In this document: piece after piece, positions 9,555-19,732 of the stretch
Layout of the letters: every line of letters begins with the position of its first letter
How positions within the stretch are numbered: the stretch's first letter is position 1
Assembly (NCBI GenBank): GCA_022750155.1
Contig: JAKIWG010000002.1
Coordinates: 20,947 to 84,946 of the forward strand
From: Thermoplasmata archaeon
Lineage (GTDB): Archaea; Thermoplasmatota; Thermoplasmata; Lutacidiplasmatales; UBA184
Direction of reading: 5' to 3'
DNA: 64,000 bases
Notes under the pieces: model-generated
Told to the model about the DNA's origin: nothing
What the model saw: the letters and a program-made list of their open reading frames with translations, nothing else
The model's database searches: none
Position numbers and translations under genes: made by a program

Positions 9555-11285
9555 ATGGAGGCCGAAGGCACGAACGCCACAGGGCGGCCCTGGCACGCCC
9601 ACTACCCCGCCAACGTGCCGTGGGACCTCGCGGTCCCGGACCAGCGGCTCCACGAAGCGGTCGGAGAGTCCCTCCAGCGTTGGCCTGACCGCACGATGAT
9701 GGTCTACTACGGCGCCCGCTGGAGCTATGCACAGTTCTGGGAGGCCGCCGGCCGATTCTCGGCCGCGCTGGCCGCCGAAGGGGTCGGTCCGGGGGATCGC
9801 GTGGCCCTCTACCTGCCGAACTGTCCGGTGTACCCGATCGCCTTCTTCGGGGCCCTCCGGCGCGGGGCGACGGTCGTGCAGGTGAGCCCCCTCTACATCG
9901 GTCAAGACCTCGGTCGCCTCCTGAAGGACGCGGAACCGAAGGCGGTCGTCACGCTCGAGATCCTTTACCCGAACCTCGCCCGGGTCCGCCCCGAAGTGAC
10001 GGTTCCGGTCGCCTTTGTCGCACGGCTCCGCGAACTGTATCCGTGGTGGAAGCGGCCGTTCGTCAACATGGTCCTGAGACGGCAGAAGCTCCCCACGGAG
10101 GTCCCGAGGGGACCATCGATCCGACGCTGGTCGGATGCGATCGGCCCCCGGAGCCCCGTGCCGGACGCCACGGGCGACCCCGCCACCGAGGTCGCGGTCC
10201 TACAGTACACCGGGGGCACCACGGGCCGGCCGAAGGCGGCGATGTTGACGCACCGCAACCTGCTCGCCAACGCGCTCCAGTGCCAGGCGTGGTTCAATGT
10301 CGGGGAGGCGGGGTTCCCCGTGGTCCTCTGTTCGATCCCGTTCTTCCACGTCTATGGAATGACCGTCGCGCTCAACTATCCCCTCATCTCCGGGGCCACC
10401 CTGGTGCTCCAGACCCGTCCGGACATCGACGAGATCCTGCACCTCATCCAGAGATACCGACCCACCCAGTTCCCGGGGGTTCCCGCGCTCTACCAGGGGA
10501 TCAACCATCACCCGAAGCTCGGGCGCTACGACCTGCGATCGATCCGAGTCTGCGTGAGCGGGTCGGCGCCCCTGCCCCACGAGGTCGAGAAACGATTCGA
10601 GGAGCTCACGGGCGGATCGCTCGTCGAGGGGTACGGATTGACCGAGGCCTCGCCCGTGACTCACGCCAATCCCGTCGTCGGCCGACGGAAAACCGGCACC
10701 ATCGGCCTCCCCCTGCCGGCCACCGACCAGCGGGTCGTCGACCTCGAGGAGCCGTCGCGCGCCCCGCCCCCGGGCGAGGCGGGGGAACTGGCGGTCCGGG
10801 GTCCCCAGGTGATGCTCGGCTACTACCGGCATCCGGAGGAGACCGCCCTCGTCCTTCACGACGGCTGGCTGCTCACCGGGGACGTCGCCACCATCGATGA
10901 CGAGGGATACGTAACGATCGTCGACCGCAAGAAGGACATGATCGACGTCGCCGGGCTCAAGGTCTACCCCCGGGAGGTGGAGGAGGTCCTGTTCCAGCAT
11001 CCGGGGATCCTCGATGCGGCCGTCATCGGGCGCCTCGACGCGCAGCGGGGGGAAGTGGTCCACGCCGTCGTGGTGCCCCGCCCGGGGGTGACCGTGACCG
11101 AGGCCGAGCTGATCGGGTTCGTCCGAGAGCGGATCGCCCACTACAAGGCGCCGCGGTCGGTCGAATTCCGCTCCTCCCTTCCGAAGAGCGCGGTCCAGAA
11201 GGTGCTGAGGCGAGTGCTCCGTGAGGAGTCGGCCCGGGGCTCGGGCCTTCCCGATGCGGCCGCCCCTACCGACCCCGCGCGATGA
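9555..11285 (+). CDS. Long-chain fatty-acid-CoA ligase (AMP-dependent synthetase)
   Basis: AMP-binding motif YTGGTTGRPKAAMLTHRN and the GYGLTE and GWLLTGD motifs. Confidence 0.85.
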   Translation: MEAEGTNATGRPWHAHYPANVPWDLAVPDQRLHEAVGESLQRWPDRTMMVYYGARWSYAQFWEAAGRFSAALAAEGVGPGDRVALYLPNCPVYPIAFFGALRRGATVVQVSPLYIGQDLGRLLKDAEPKAVVTLEILYPNLARVRPEVTVPVAFVARLRELYPWWKRPFVNMVLRRQKLPTEVPRGPSIRRWSDAIGPRSPVPDATGDPATEVAVLQYTGGTTGRPKAAMLTHRNLLANALQCQAWFNVGEAGFPVVLCSIPFFHVYGMTVALNYPLISGATLVLQTRPDIDEILHLIQRYRPTQFPGVPALYQGINHHPKLGRYDLRSIRVCVSGSAPLPHEVEKRFEELTGGSLVEGYGLTEASPVTHANPVVGRRKTGTIGLPLPATDQRVVDLEEPSRAPPPGEAGELAVRGPQVMLGYYRHPEETALVLHDGWLLTGDVATIDDEGYVTIVDRKKDMIDVAGLKVYPREVEEVLFQHPGILDAAVIGRLDAQRGEVVHAVVVPRPGVTVTEAELIGFVRERIAHYKAPRSVEFRSSLPKSAVQKVLRRVLREESARGSGLPDAAAPTDPAR

Positions 11286-12459
11286 GGTCGCGGGAGACCA
11301 CGAGCCGTTGGATCTCGTTCGTCCCTTCGAAGATCTCGCTGATCCGCGCGTCCCGGTAGGCCCGCTCGATCGGGGTCCCGCGGATGTAGCCGAGACCGCC
11401 GTGGATCTGCAGCGCCTCGTCGATCGCGTCGGCGGCCCACTCCGAGGCGAGGCACTTGACGACGGCGGATTCGCGGGTCTTGTTCATCCGGTCGAGGCGG
11501 CTCCACGCCTTCGGGTCATTGCCCAGCCGGTCCTGCGAGGCCGCGGCGTGGTAGACGAGGTAGCGGAGGGCGTGGACGTGCATTCCGATGTCCGCGAGCT
11601 TGAACTGGATCGCCTCGAATTCGCTGATCGGCAGGCCGAACTGGGTGCGGTTCTTCGAGAACTCGAGGGCGGAGTCGAGCGCGGCCTCCATCCCTCCCAG
11701 CGATGCGGCAGCCAGGGAGACCCGCCCCACGTCGAGCGCCGTCATCGCGACGATGAACCCCTTGCCTACCTCCCCGAGGATGTTCTCCGGGCCGACGTCG
11801 ACGTGGTCGAGGATCAGCTCGGCGGTGGACGTGCCGTGGAGACCCATCTTCTTCTCGCACCGGCCCACGGAGAATCCCGGGGTCCCTCGGTCGAGGAGGA
11901 ACGCCGTCACCCCGCCGTTCGGCCCGAGCTTGAGGTCGTTGGCGGCGAGGAGGACGACGGTGTCGGCCTCGCGCCCGTTGGTCACGTAGATCTTGGTGCC
12001 CGTTAGCTCGAACCGCTCCCCCTTCGCCTCGGCGACCGTGTGGACCGCACCGGAGTCGCTGCCCGAGCCGGGCTCGGTCAGGCTGAACGCGAGCAGGCTC
12101 TCCCCGCGGGCGGCCGGGCCGAGCCACCGGCGTTTCTGCTCCGCCGTCCCGTAGTACAATAGGGGGGTCGTGCCGAGCGAGGTGTGGGCACCGACGATCG
12201 CGGCGTGCGAGGCGTCTACCTGCCCCATCTCCTCGAGGAGAATGCAGTAGCCGACCTTCCCGAGCCCGAGGCCCCCGAACTCCTCGGGCACGGGGACCCC
12301 GAAGTAGCCCTCGCTCTGCATCCGGCGGACGGTCGCCGTCGGGAACTCCTCCCGCTCGTCCATCTCCGCGACGATCGGGCCAATCTCGCGTTGCGCGAAG
12401 GAGCGGACCGCGGCGCGGAACGCCACCTGGTCCGGTGTGAACTCGAATTCGATCGGCAT
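11266..12459 (-). CDS. Acyl-CoA dehydrogenase
   Basis: ACAD fold with a C-terminal QIHGGLGY-type motif, 397 aa. Confidence 0.8.
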   Translation of the reverse strand: MPIEFEFTPDQVAFRAAVRSFAQREIGPIVAEMDEREEFPTATVRRMQSEGYFGVPVPEEFGGLGLGKVGYCILLEEMGQVDASHAAIVGAHTSLGTTPLLYYGTAEQKRRWLGPAARGESLLAFSLTEPGSGSDSGAVHTVAEAKGERFELTGTKIYVTNGREADTVVLLAANDLKLGPNGGVTAFLLDRGTPGFSVGRCEKKMGLHGTSTAELILDHVDVGPENILGEVGKGFIVAMTALDVGRVSLAAASLGGMEAALDSALEFSKNRTQFGLPISEFEAIQFKLADIGMHVHALRYLVYHAAASQDRLGNDPKAWSRLDRMNKTRESAVVKCLASEWAADAIDEALQIHGGLGYIRGTPIERAYRDARISEIFEGTNEIQRLVVSRDLIARGR

Positions 12460-12460
12460 C

Positions 12461-13273
12461 CTATTTCCCCGTGAACCTGGGCGGCCGGTGCTCCGCGAAC
12501 GAGCCGAGTCCCTCCCGGAGGTCCTCGCTGCCGAGTACCTCTCCCTCGAACGCCCGGGCCTCGAGCTCGAGGCCCGCCGATAGCGGCCGCTCCCTTCCTT
12601 CCCGCATCACCCGCTTCGCCGCCTGAACGGCGCGGGGGGCGCGCTGGCCGATGGTGTGGGCGAGGTCGCGCGCGGCGCGGAGCTCCTGTCCGGCGGGCAC
12701 AACCTGGTTGACCAGCCCGATGCGCCACGCCTCCGCCGCATGGATCATGCCCGCAGTGAAGATCATCTCCGCGGCCTTCGAAACCCCTAGCAGCCTCGGC
12801 AGCCGCTGGGTGCCCCCGTAGGCGGGCATGAGCCCGAACGACGTCTCCGGGGCGCCCAACTTCGCCGACTCCCCGGCGACCCGAAGGTCGCAGGCGAGCG
12901 CGAGCTCGAGACCTCCGCCGAGGGCGAGACCTTGGATGGCGCCGATCACCGGGGCGTTCAGCCCTGCAATGCGGGAGAAGAGGGCGTGACCATGGCGGAC
13001 GACCTTCGGGGCCTCGGCGAGGCCGATGGTGGCCATTTCCTTCAGGTCGGCGCCCGCGCAGAAGTTCTTCCCCTCCCCGGTCAGGACGACGCACCGGGTG
13101 CTCGGGGAGCGTTCGAGGGAATCGACTGCTTCGGCGAGGCCGGTCATGACGGCCGTGCTGAGTAAGTTGAGCGGGGGGTTCCGCAGCGTGAGCAGTTCGA
13201 CGCCGTCTCCCTCCGACCGGCGATCCACGAGCGACGACCCCACCCCTGCCCTCGGGGGAGGGAGCACCCGCAC
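12461..13273 (-). CDS. Enoyl-CoA hydratase (crotonase family)
   Basis: Crotonase signature ...NFCAGADLKE... and the GxAxGGGxELAL oxyanion region. Confidence 0.8.
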   Translation of the reverse strand: MRVLPPPRAGVGSSLVDRRSEGDGVELLTLRNPPLNLLSTAVMTGLAEAVDSLERSPSTRCVVLTGEGKNFCAGADLKEMATIGLAEAPKVVRHGHALFSRIAGLNAPVIGAIQGLALGGGLELALACDLRVAGESAKLGAPETSFGLMPAYGGTQRLPRLLGVSKAAEMIFTAGMIHAAEAWRIGLVNQVVPAGQELRAARDLAHTIGQRAPRAVQAAKRVMREGRERPLSAGLELEARAFEGEVLGSEDLREGLGSFAEHRPPRFTGK

Positions 13274-13350
13274 CCAGATAATCGCTCGCGCACGCCGTCG
13301 CGACGTGTGGGTTGAGCATAGGCTAAACGGGGGACCGCGATGAATCGGCG

Positions 13351-14550
13351 ATGAGCTATCGGGACCTGATCCCGCTCTCCTGCTACTCGCTGCTCGCGAG
13401 CAATCGCGGCAGCCTGTTCATCGTCTACCTGCCGACCTACCTGATCATCGTCAAGGGGGCCACGCCTCCCGAGGCGCTCGCGACGGTCTCGGTCGCGTAC
13501 GTCGCCGCCAGCCTCCTCGCTCCCGTGGCGGGGCGATGGTCGGACCGGGTGGGGCGTCGAAAGCCCTTCCTCCTGGGAGCGGAGCTGAGCGCGCTCCCGG
13601 TCTTCCTCCTCATCCCGTTCCTGGCGACGGCCGAGCTCGCGGGAGCGGCGTTCGTGGCGGCGAACGTCCTCCTCGCGTTCGGGGCGCCGGCCGTGAGCGC
13701 CTACGTCGCCGACGCGAGCCGGGCCGCGGAGCGCGGCGCGGGCTATGGACTGCTGAACGCCGCGGGGAACGCCGGGGGCATCGCGGGATTCGTCGCCATC
13801 GCCCTCCTGTCGATCCGGTACGGGTGGTCCGCCCTGTTCCCCTTCATCGTCGTCGTGATGGTGGGGACCGTGCTCGTCGTCGCGTTCTTCGTTCCCGAGG
13901 TCTCGGTGGCTCCGACGCCCCACCGCCGCCCGTGGCGCGAGTACCGGGCGCTCACGACGTTCAGCCTCGCGGTGTCGATCCGGGGCCTGGGCATGGGGGC
14001 CGTCGGAACGTTCTACGGCTACTACGCCACCCAGCTCGGGGCGAGCACCTGGCAGGTCGGAGTGATCGCGATCGTGGGGCTGGTGACCGGGGCACTGATC
14101 TCGATCCCGTTCGGACGGCTCGTCGACCGGCGGGGCGAGATCTCCGGGGTCCTCTGGGGGACGGTGCTGAGCCTGATCGGCATCGGGGTGTTCTTCGTCG
14201 CCACCACCTGGGGGGAGTTGATCCCCGCCCAGGTCCTCCGCGTCCTCGGCATCTCGCTGCTCTCCCCGGCCATGCTTTCGTATGCGGCGCGGCTCTCGCC
14301 CGAAGGACACCGGGCGGAGTTTCTCGGGGTGTTCAGCCTGGTCAATTCGACGTTCTGGAGCCTCGGCCCGCTCATCGGCGGCGTCGTGCTCGGCTTCTAC
14401 GGGGCTTCCGGTCTGTTCGTGTTCGCCGGGGTCACCGCGGTGATCTCCCTGATCGCGGTGGAGGGGCTGTACTACCGCGCCCCCCGACCGCCGCCGACCC
14501 CGGCGGCCGGGGTCCCGATGCCGGGACGCCCCTCGGCCCCGGGACCGTGA
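13351..14550 (+). CDS. MFS transporter
   Basis: 12 predicted TM helices and a DRxGRR loop motif. Confidence 0.75.
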   Translation: MSYRDLIPLSCYSLLASNRGSLFIVYLPTYLIIVKGATPPEALATVSVAYVAASLLAPVAGRWSDRVGRRKPFLLGAELSALPVFLLIPFLATAELAGAAFVAANVLLAFGAPAVSAYVADASRAAERGAGYGLLNAAGNAGGIAGFVAIALLSIRYGWSALFPFIVVVMVGTVLVVAFFVPEVSVAPTPHRRPWREYRALTTFSLAVSIRGLGMGAVGTFYGYYATQLGASTWQVGVIAIVGLVTGALISIPFGRLVDRRGEISGVLWGTVLSLIGIGVFFVATTWGELIPAQVLRVLGISLLSPAMLSYAARLSPEGHRAEFLGVFSLVNSTFWSLGPLIGGVVLGFYGASGLFVFAGVTAVISLIAVEGLYYRAPRPPPTPAAGVPMPGRPSAPGP

Positions 14551-14575
14551 TATAGGCGGCCTTCGTCAACAGACC

Positions 14576-15445
14576 GTGCAGCACACGACGTTCGCCGACG
14601 CCTCGGCGTCGTGGGAAGAGGCCCGGTTCGTCATCGCCGGGATCCCGTTCGACCGCACCACCTCCTTCCGCCCCGGAGCACGCTTCGGACCGGACTCGAT
14701 CCGCCAGCACTCCTGGAACTTCGAATCGTACGACCTCGAGACCGGGGTCGACCTCTCCGAGGTACCGGTCCACGACCTCGGGAACGCCGGGGAGTTCGGG
14801 AATGCGACGGACATGGCGAACTCCGTCCGGGAGGAGATCCGGCCGATCTACGCCGCCGGAAAGATCCCGATCGTGCTCGGAGGGGACCACGCGTGCTCTC
14901 CACCGTGCGTCGAAGCGTACCCGGACGGCGGGTCGCTCGGCGTCCTCTACATCGACGCCCACATGGACTTCCGGGCGAGCTATCTGGGCGACGCCCGGAG
15001 CCACGCCTGCTCGTCACGCCGGATCGTCGAGAAGCTGGGCGCGCGCAATGTCGTCGTGCTCGGCGTGCGCTCGGTATCGCGCGAGGAGCTCGACGACAAC
15101 AAGGAGATCGGCATGTCGTTCGTGAGCGCCCACGAGGTCGCCGAGGAGGGGATCGAGGCCTCGGTCCAGCGCGCCCTCAACATGCTGAAGACCGACCGGG
15201 TCTACATCTCGCTCGACATCGACGCCATCGACCCGGCGTACGCCGGTGGGACCGGCACCCCCGAGCCGTTCGGCCTGACGCCGCGGGACGTGAAGTACGC
15301 CATCGGCCAGGCGGCGCCGCGACTCGCGGGGATGGACATCATGGAGGTATCCCCTCACTACGACCACGGCAACACGAGCGCCCTCGCCGCCCGGTTCGCC
15401 CGCGAGGCGATCGTTCGGAACGTCCACGCCCTCCACGCGCGTTGA
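14576..15445 (+). CDS. speB: Agmatinase/arginase-family ureohydrolase
   Basis: Mn-binding motifs GGDHA, DAHMD and SLDIDAIDP. Confidence 0.8.
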   Translation: MQHTTFADASASWEEARFVIAGIPFDRTTSFRPGARFGPDSIRQHSWNFESYDLETGVDLSEVPVHDLGNAGEFGNATDMANSVREEIRPIYAAGKIPIVLGGDHACSPPCVEAYPDGGSLGVLYIDAHMDFRASYLGDARSHACSSRRIVEKLGARNVVVLGVRSVSREELDDNKEIGMSFVSAHEVAEEGIEASVQRALNMLKTDRVYISLDIDAIDPAYAGGTGTPEPFGLTPRDVKYAIGQAAPRLAGMDIMEVSPHYDHGNTSALAARFAREAIVRNVHALHAR

Positions 15446-15452
15446 GCGGTCG

Positions 15453-16109
15453 ATGGAGAGCGAGGTCCCGGTCCGAACGCCCCCGGCGGCTCGCGGGGCC
15501 GAGGCCTCGCTACGCAAGGTGGATTGGTGGGGATTCCCGGCGCTCCTGAAGGAGAGGGACTCGAAGGCGTACCGTCCGAAGGCCCTCGACGAACGGCTCC
15601 GCAAGGAACGGACCCGGACCGAGGCCCGCCTGCTCGTGGAGGCACGCCGACTCGGGGTCCGGACCCCGATCCTCTACGACATCGACCTGACCCACCACCG
15701 GCTGGTGATGGAGGAGCTCCCCGGACCGACCCTCAAGGCGTTGATCGACGGCGCCCAGGCCGACCCTGCCGCGCTCGAAGCTCCGCTGGTTCGATTCGGC
15801 GTCGCGATCGGCCGACTCCATGCCGGGGGCGTGACCCACGGGGACCTGACGAGCTCCAACGTGATATTCCCCGAGGGCCCCGGCGGTCCCCCCGCCCTGA
15901 TCGACCTCTCCATGGGCGTCCGCGGGCCTAGCCTCGAGGAGCTCGGCATCGACCTCCACCTCGTCGAGGAGGACCTGAAGGCCCTCCACCCACAGGGCGA
16001 GGAGCTCTTCCAGAAGTTCCTGACCGGGTACGCCGAGGGGAACCCGGGGGGCCATCGCGAGGTGGAGGAACGGGCGAAGGAGATCCGGGGCCGGGTCCGA
16101 TACGCCTGA
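15453..16109 (+). CDS. bud32: Bud32/Kae1-associated (RIO-type) serine/threonine protein kinase
   Basis: LLVEARRL...MEEL... and HGDLTSSNVIF catalytic loop; about 218 aa. Confidence 0.75.
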   Translation: MESEVPVRTPPAARGAEASLRKVDWWGFPALLKERDSKAYRPKALDERLRKERTRTEARLLVEARRLGVRTPILYDIDLTHHRLVMEELPGPTLKALIDGAQADPAALEAPLVRFGVAIGRLHAGGVTHGDLTSSNVIFPEGPGGPPALIDLSMGVRGPSLEELGIDLHLVEEDLKALHPQGEELFQKFLTGYAEGNPGGHREVEERAKEIRGRVRYA

Positions 16110-16127
16110 GCGCTCCGGTCCCGCGTG

Positions 16128-17612
16128 CTACGACGGTCGGACCCGCTCCAGCCCGAGGACCAACGCCGCGGGGAGCGCATCGATGAGGTCGGTCGCGATG
16201 AGACCGTCTCCCTTCTCGGCGGCGACCCGGTTTCCGGCCTCCCCCGCCCAGTAGGTCGCGAGGCGTGCCGCCCCCATCGACGGCACACCTTGGGCGAGGA
16301 GCGATCCGATGACCCCGGCGAGCACGTCCCCCGCTCCTGAGACGGTCATGGAGGGGGAGTGGGTCAGATTGAGACACGCCCGCTCCCCGTCGGTGATCAG
16401 GTCCGCCTCACCCTTCACGACGAGGGTGAGCCGGTGGGAGCGGGCCTGGGTGCGGGCGCGGGCCAGCCGCTCCTCGAGTTCGCGGACCGGGGCGGAATCG
16501 AACGACCTTCGGTACTCCCCATCGTTCGGGGTCGCCACGACCATCTGAGGATCCCGAGCCGAATTCCCTTCCCCGAGGGACGCGAGGGGCTGGATCGCAT
16601 CCGCGTCGACGACGATCGGGATCCGCCCGTCGAGCGACGCCACCAATCCCCCCAAGGCGGCGGCGGTCTCCGGGTGGGCTCCCGCGCCCATGCCGAGGAC
16701 GACGGCGGCCGGGGGAGCGGATTCGATCTCCGCCAGGATCGCGGGAACGTCGTCCGGGGTGAATCGGTCGGTGCCGATCGGTCGGACCACGAGCGCCGGG
16801 CTGAACGACTGGACCCGCTCTGCCGCCGGAAGCGGCGCGATGACGGTGGCCCGCTCGGCTCCGGATCGCAAGGCGGCCAGCCCCGCCAGGGCCGGGGCGC
16901 CGGCGTACGGTCCACCGCCGATGACGAGGAGGCGGCCCCGCCTCCCGCGGGCACCCCGCCGTACGGGGAAGTAGAGGAAGTCCCCGGGGCCGGTGCGCCG
17001 CAGGGCCTCCTCGGGGATGCCGATCGACCGAACGGTCACCTCCCCGCAGGTCTCCGCAGCCATCCCCGTCTTCATCGCCGTGAGGGCGACGGTCCATCGG
17101 GGTCGCAGCTTCACGTCGCCGCCGAGTCCGGTCGGGACGTCGATCGAGAGGACCGGAGCCCCGCTCGTCACGAGCTCGCTGACCGCCTCGAGATACGGCG
17201 AGCGAAGCGGCGGGGTCTGGCCCGTGCCCAGCATCGCGTCGAGGACGAGGGGGAACTCGGCGAGCTCGGTGGCCCGCGGGAGCCGTCCGGGCGTCGCGGA
17301 CCGGTTTCGGACCCTCTCCCAGCAACGTCGGGCGGCCGAGGAGCGGATCTCCGAGGGAGGCCGGAGCAGCCAGATCTCCGGGGCATACCCCCACTGGCTG
17401 AGGTAGAACGCCGCGCACGTTCCGTCGCCGCCGTTGTTGCCGGTCCCCGCGAGAATGGCGACGCGGGCCGGCGCAGGAGGCAGGTGACGGATCGCCTCCT
17501 CGGCGACGGCACGACCCGCATTCTCCATCAGGGCGTCGATCGAGATGCCGAGGCCGACGGCGTTGTGCTCGGCGACCGCCATCTCGAGCGCGGAGAGCGG
17601 CGACGCGTTCAC
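16128..17612 (-). CDS. nnr: Bifunctional NAD(P)H-hydrate repair enzyme Nnr (epimerase N-terminal domain plus ADP-dependent dehydratase C-terminal domain)
   Basis: YjeF N-terminal and C-terminal domains, with a carbohydrate-kinase motif GAGDVLAG. Confidence 0.8.
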   Translation of the reverse strand: MNASPLSALEMAVAEHNAVGLGISIDALMENAGRAVAEEAIRHLPPAPARVAILAGTGNNGGDGTCAAFYLSQWGYAPEIWLLRPPSEIRSSAARRCWERVRNRSATPGRLPRATELAEFPLVLDAMLGTGQTPPLRSPYLEAVSELVTSGAPVLSIDVPTGLGGDVKLRPRWTVALTAMKTGMAAETCGEVTVRSIGIPEEALRRTGPGDFLYFPVRRGARGRRGRLLVIGGGPYAGAPALAGLAALRSGAERATVIAPLPAAERVQSFSPALVVRPIGTDRFTPDDVPAILAEIESAPPAAVVLGMGAGAHPETAAALGGLVASLDGRIPIVVDADAIQPLASLGEGNSARDPQMVVATPNDGEYRRSFDSAPVRELEERLARARTQARSHRLTLVVKGEADLITDGERACLNLTHSPSMTVSGAGDVLAGVIGSLLAQGVPSMGAARLATYWAGEAGNRVAAEKGDGLIATDLIDALPAALVLGLERVRPS

Positions 17613-17622
17613 AGCGGTCCCG

Positions 17623-18054
17623 TCACGTGGGAGGCGGGGCCTCGGAGGGGGTCTCCCCGGTCGAGAAGATGTCGATGGACGAGGGGAGGAGGTTGCGACG
17701 CGCGAGGTACTGGGATTGGGTCCGGCTGTACCGGAACAGGATGTCCGCCTTCCCCTCCTGGAACCCCCAGGGCCGAAGGATCAGGAGGTCGCCCTCCCGG
17801 ATCCACATCTTCTTCTTCATCTTCCCCGTGATCCGGCCCATCCGGGAGATCGAATCCTCGCACATTACGCGTATCCGCGCGGCGCCGAGGAGCTGGCTCG
17901 CCACCCCAAAGATCTCCCCACGCTGCCTTCGCGGAAGCGGCAGGCGGCCGGTCTCCTCCCCGACCTCGCTGACCTCCGCGACCGGCGGGGTTTCCGCCGT
18001 CGGGGTCGCGGTCTCCTCCGTTCCGGGGGGGACCGACTTGGGGTTCTCCGCCAC
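17623..18054 (-). CDS. eif1a: Translation initiation factor aIF-1A (with an N-terminal extension)
   Basis: GEIFGV...ARIRV.C.D....GRI.GKM.K..WIREGD.L...W core typical of eIF1A; the spacing suggests it is operonic with nnr. Confidence 0.8.
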   Translation of the reverse strand: MAENPKSVPPGTEETATPTAETPPVAEVSEVGEETGRLPLPRRQRGEIFGVASQLLGAARIRVMCEDSISRMGRITGKMKKKMWIREGDLLILRPWGFQEGKADILFRYSRTQSQYLARRNLLPSSIDIFSTGETPSEAPPPT

Positions 18055-18079
18055 GTCGCTCGGAGACGGGCTCAGTATT

Positions 18080-18949
18080 TCAAGACGGGGGGACTCGCGG
18101 GAAGACGCGCTCCGGGTTGTCGAGCAGGATCGCTTCCTGGACCTCGCGCGAGACCGGCAGAGCCTGGAAGGCGCGCAGATTCTCCCCGATATCCTTCACT
18201 CCCGGCCCCGGCCAGTCCGTGCCGAACAGGAGCTTCGGGGCCAGCCGTTCGAGCCCGGGGAAGTACTCGAGGAGCTTGGCGGGCGGCACGCTCGAGAGCT
18301 CGAGGTAGACGCGTTCGAAGCGGCGGGCGAGGAACATCGCCTCGGCGGTCCAGAGCGGGCGACCTCCGTGCGCGAGGACGATCGTGAGATTGGGGAAGTC
18401 GATCGCGACGTCCTCGACCAGCATCGGCTGGCCGAACCGGTTCCGCGCGTTCGGGAAGACCGAGGTGCCGGTATGGAAGATGACGGGGATCCCCCGTTCT
18501 TCACAAGCCGAGTAGATCGCCCGGAGGCCCGGGGCGCTGCCGTCGACGTACCCGTTCGGCGCGAAGAGCTGGTGGGGTGGGTGGATCTTGAGGGCACGAA
18601 TCCCGAGCTCGTCGACCAGCCGTCGGACCTCGTCGCCCGGATTCGGGTGGCTCGGTAGGACGGAGCCGACGGCGATCAGTCGCTGCGGGTCGGCTCGGAC
18701 GTACTCCGCCACGAACTCGTTGGCGCGCTCGGTGTACCCGACGACCTGCGGGCTCACGTAGTTGACGAGGACGGCCCGGTCGATTCCGCACGAGTCGAGG
18801 TAGTTCAGGAATAGCTGGGGGTCGTGAAGGTACCGCTCGATCTGCTCGCCGGGGCCCGACGTGCCGAGCAGGGCCCTCGCGTGCGGGAGCATCTCCCAGA
18901 GCGGGTTGATGTGGACGTGGCAGTCGGTGATGCCCATCGACCGGCCCAC
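18080..18949 (-). CDS. Amidohydrolase-family (TIM-barrel metal-dependent hydrolase) protein
   Basis: N-terminal CHVHINP metal-binding motif and an amidohydrolase_2-like length and pattern. Confidence 0.65.
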   Translation of the reverse strand: MGRSMGITDCHVHINPLWEMLPHARALLGTSGPGEQIERYLHDPQLFLNYLDSCGIDRAVLVNYVSPQVVGYTERANEFVAEYVRADPQRLIAVGSVLPSHPNPGDEVRRLVDELGIRALKIHPPHQLFAPNGYVDGSAPGLRAIYSACEERGIPVIFHTGTSVFPNARNRFGQPMLVEDVAIDFPNLTIVLAHGGRPLWTAEAMFLARRFERVYLELSSVPPAKLLEYFPGLERLAPKLLFGTDWPGPGVKDIGENLRAFQALPVSREVQEAILLDNPERVFPRVPPS

Positions 18950-19033
18950 CGTGGCCGGGTATATGGGGCGTGGGGGGTCGATTCAACCCCGAGAGAGCCT
19001 TTATCTCACTCCTCCGCCCCTCGAGGATTCCGA

Positions 19034-19676
19034 GATGTCGAGTTCCCCTGCTTCGCTCGGACCGATGCCCAAGCTCCTGCGGTCGGCGCTCCTCGCGGAC
19101 CAGGAGGCCCTCCTTCGGGAGACCCGCGCCACCAAGTTGTACTTCTTCCCGGGACCGATCCTCGTGTTGATCGTCCTCGGGATCCTCGACTACGCGGCCG
19201 CTTCCGTACGCTACGGCTGGGGTGCGTTCCCGGGTCTCACCGCCCTGTTCGAGAAGATCCCTTCGGGGAACCCGCAGGGCACCTACCTGCTGATCTTCTT
19301 CCTGTTCGTCACGCTGCTCGCGGTGATCTGGCTGATCGTGCGATACCTGCGCTGGATCACCAACGTCTACGCCGTCACGACCCACCGGGTGATCGTCCAG
19401 AGCGGTATCCTCGGCCGGCAGTTCGATGAGATCCCCGTCGGGCAGGTCCGGGGCGTCGATGTCCACCAGTCGGTCCTGCAGCGGCTGCTCCGCTACGGCA
19501 CCGTTCGGGTGAGCGCGGAAGGGGGCGGCGGGCCCCGCTCGATCGGCAACGAGGACTGGGAAGGGATACCCCACCCGTTCGATTTCCAGCGGCTCATCGA
19601 GAGCGCGAACCAAGGGCTCTCGCGGGCGAACGCCGGCGGGAACTGGAACGCGGGTCCCTCGCCCCCCCGCCTGTAG
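19034..19676 (+). CDS. Membrane protein with a bacterial-type PH (bPH_2/YdbT-like) domain
   Basis: Two TM helices followed by the YAVTTHRVIVQSGILGRQFDEIPVGQVRGVDVHQSVLQRLLRYGTV motif of bPH_2 domains. Confidence 0.65.
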
Positions 19677-19732
19677 TCGGCGGCGCGCGCCCAAGGTTAA
19701 ATCGCCCGCCCCGCTCGCGGGGCGGAGCCGCA

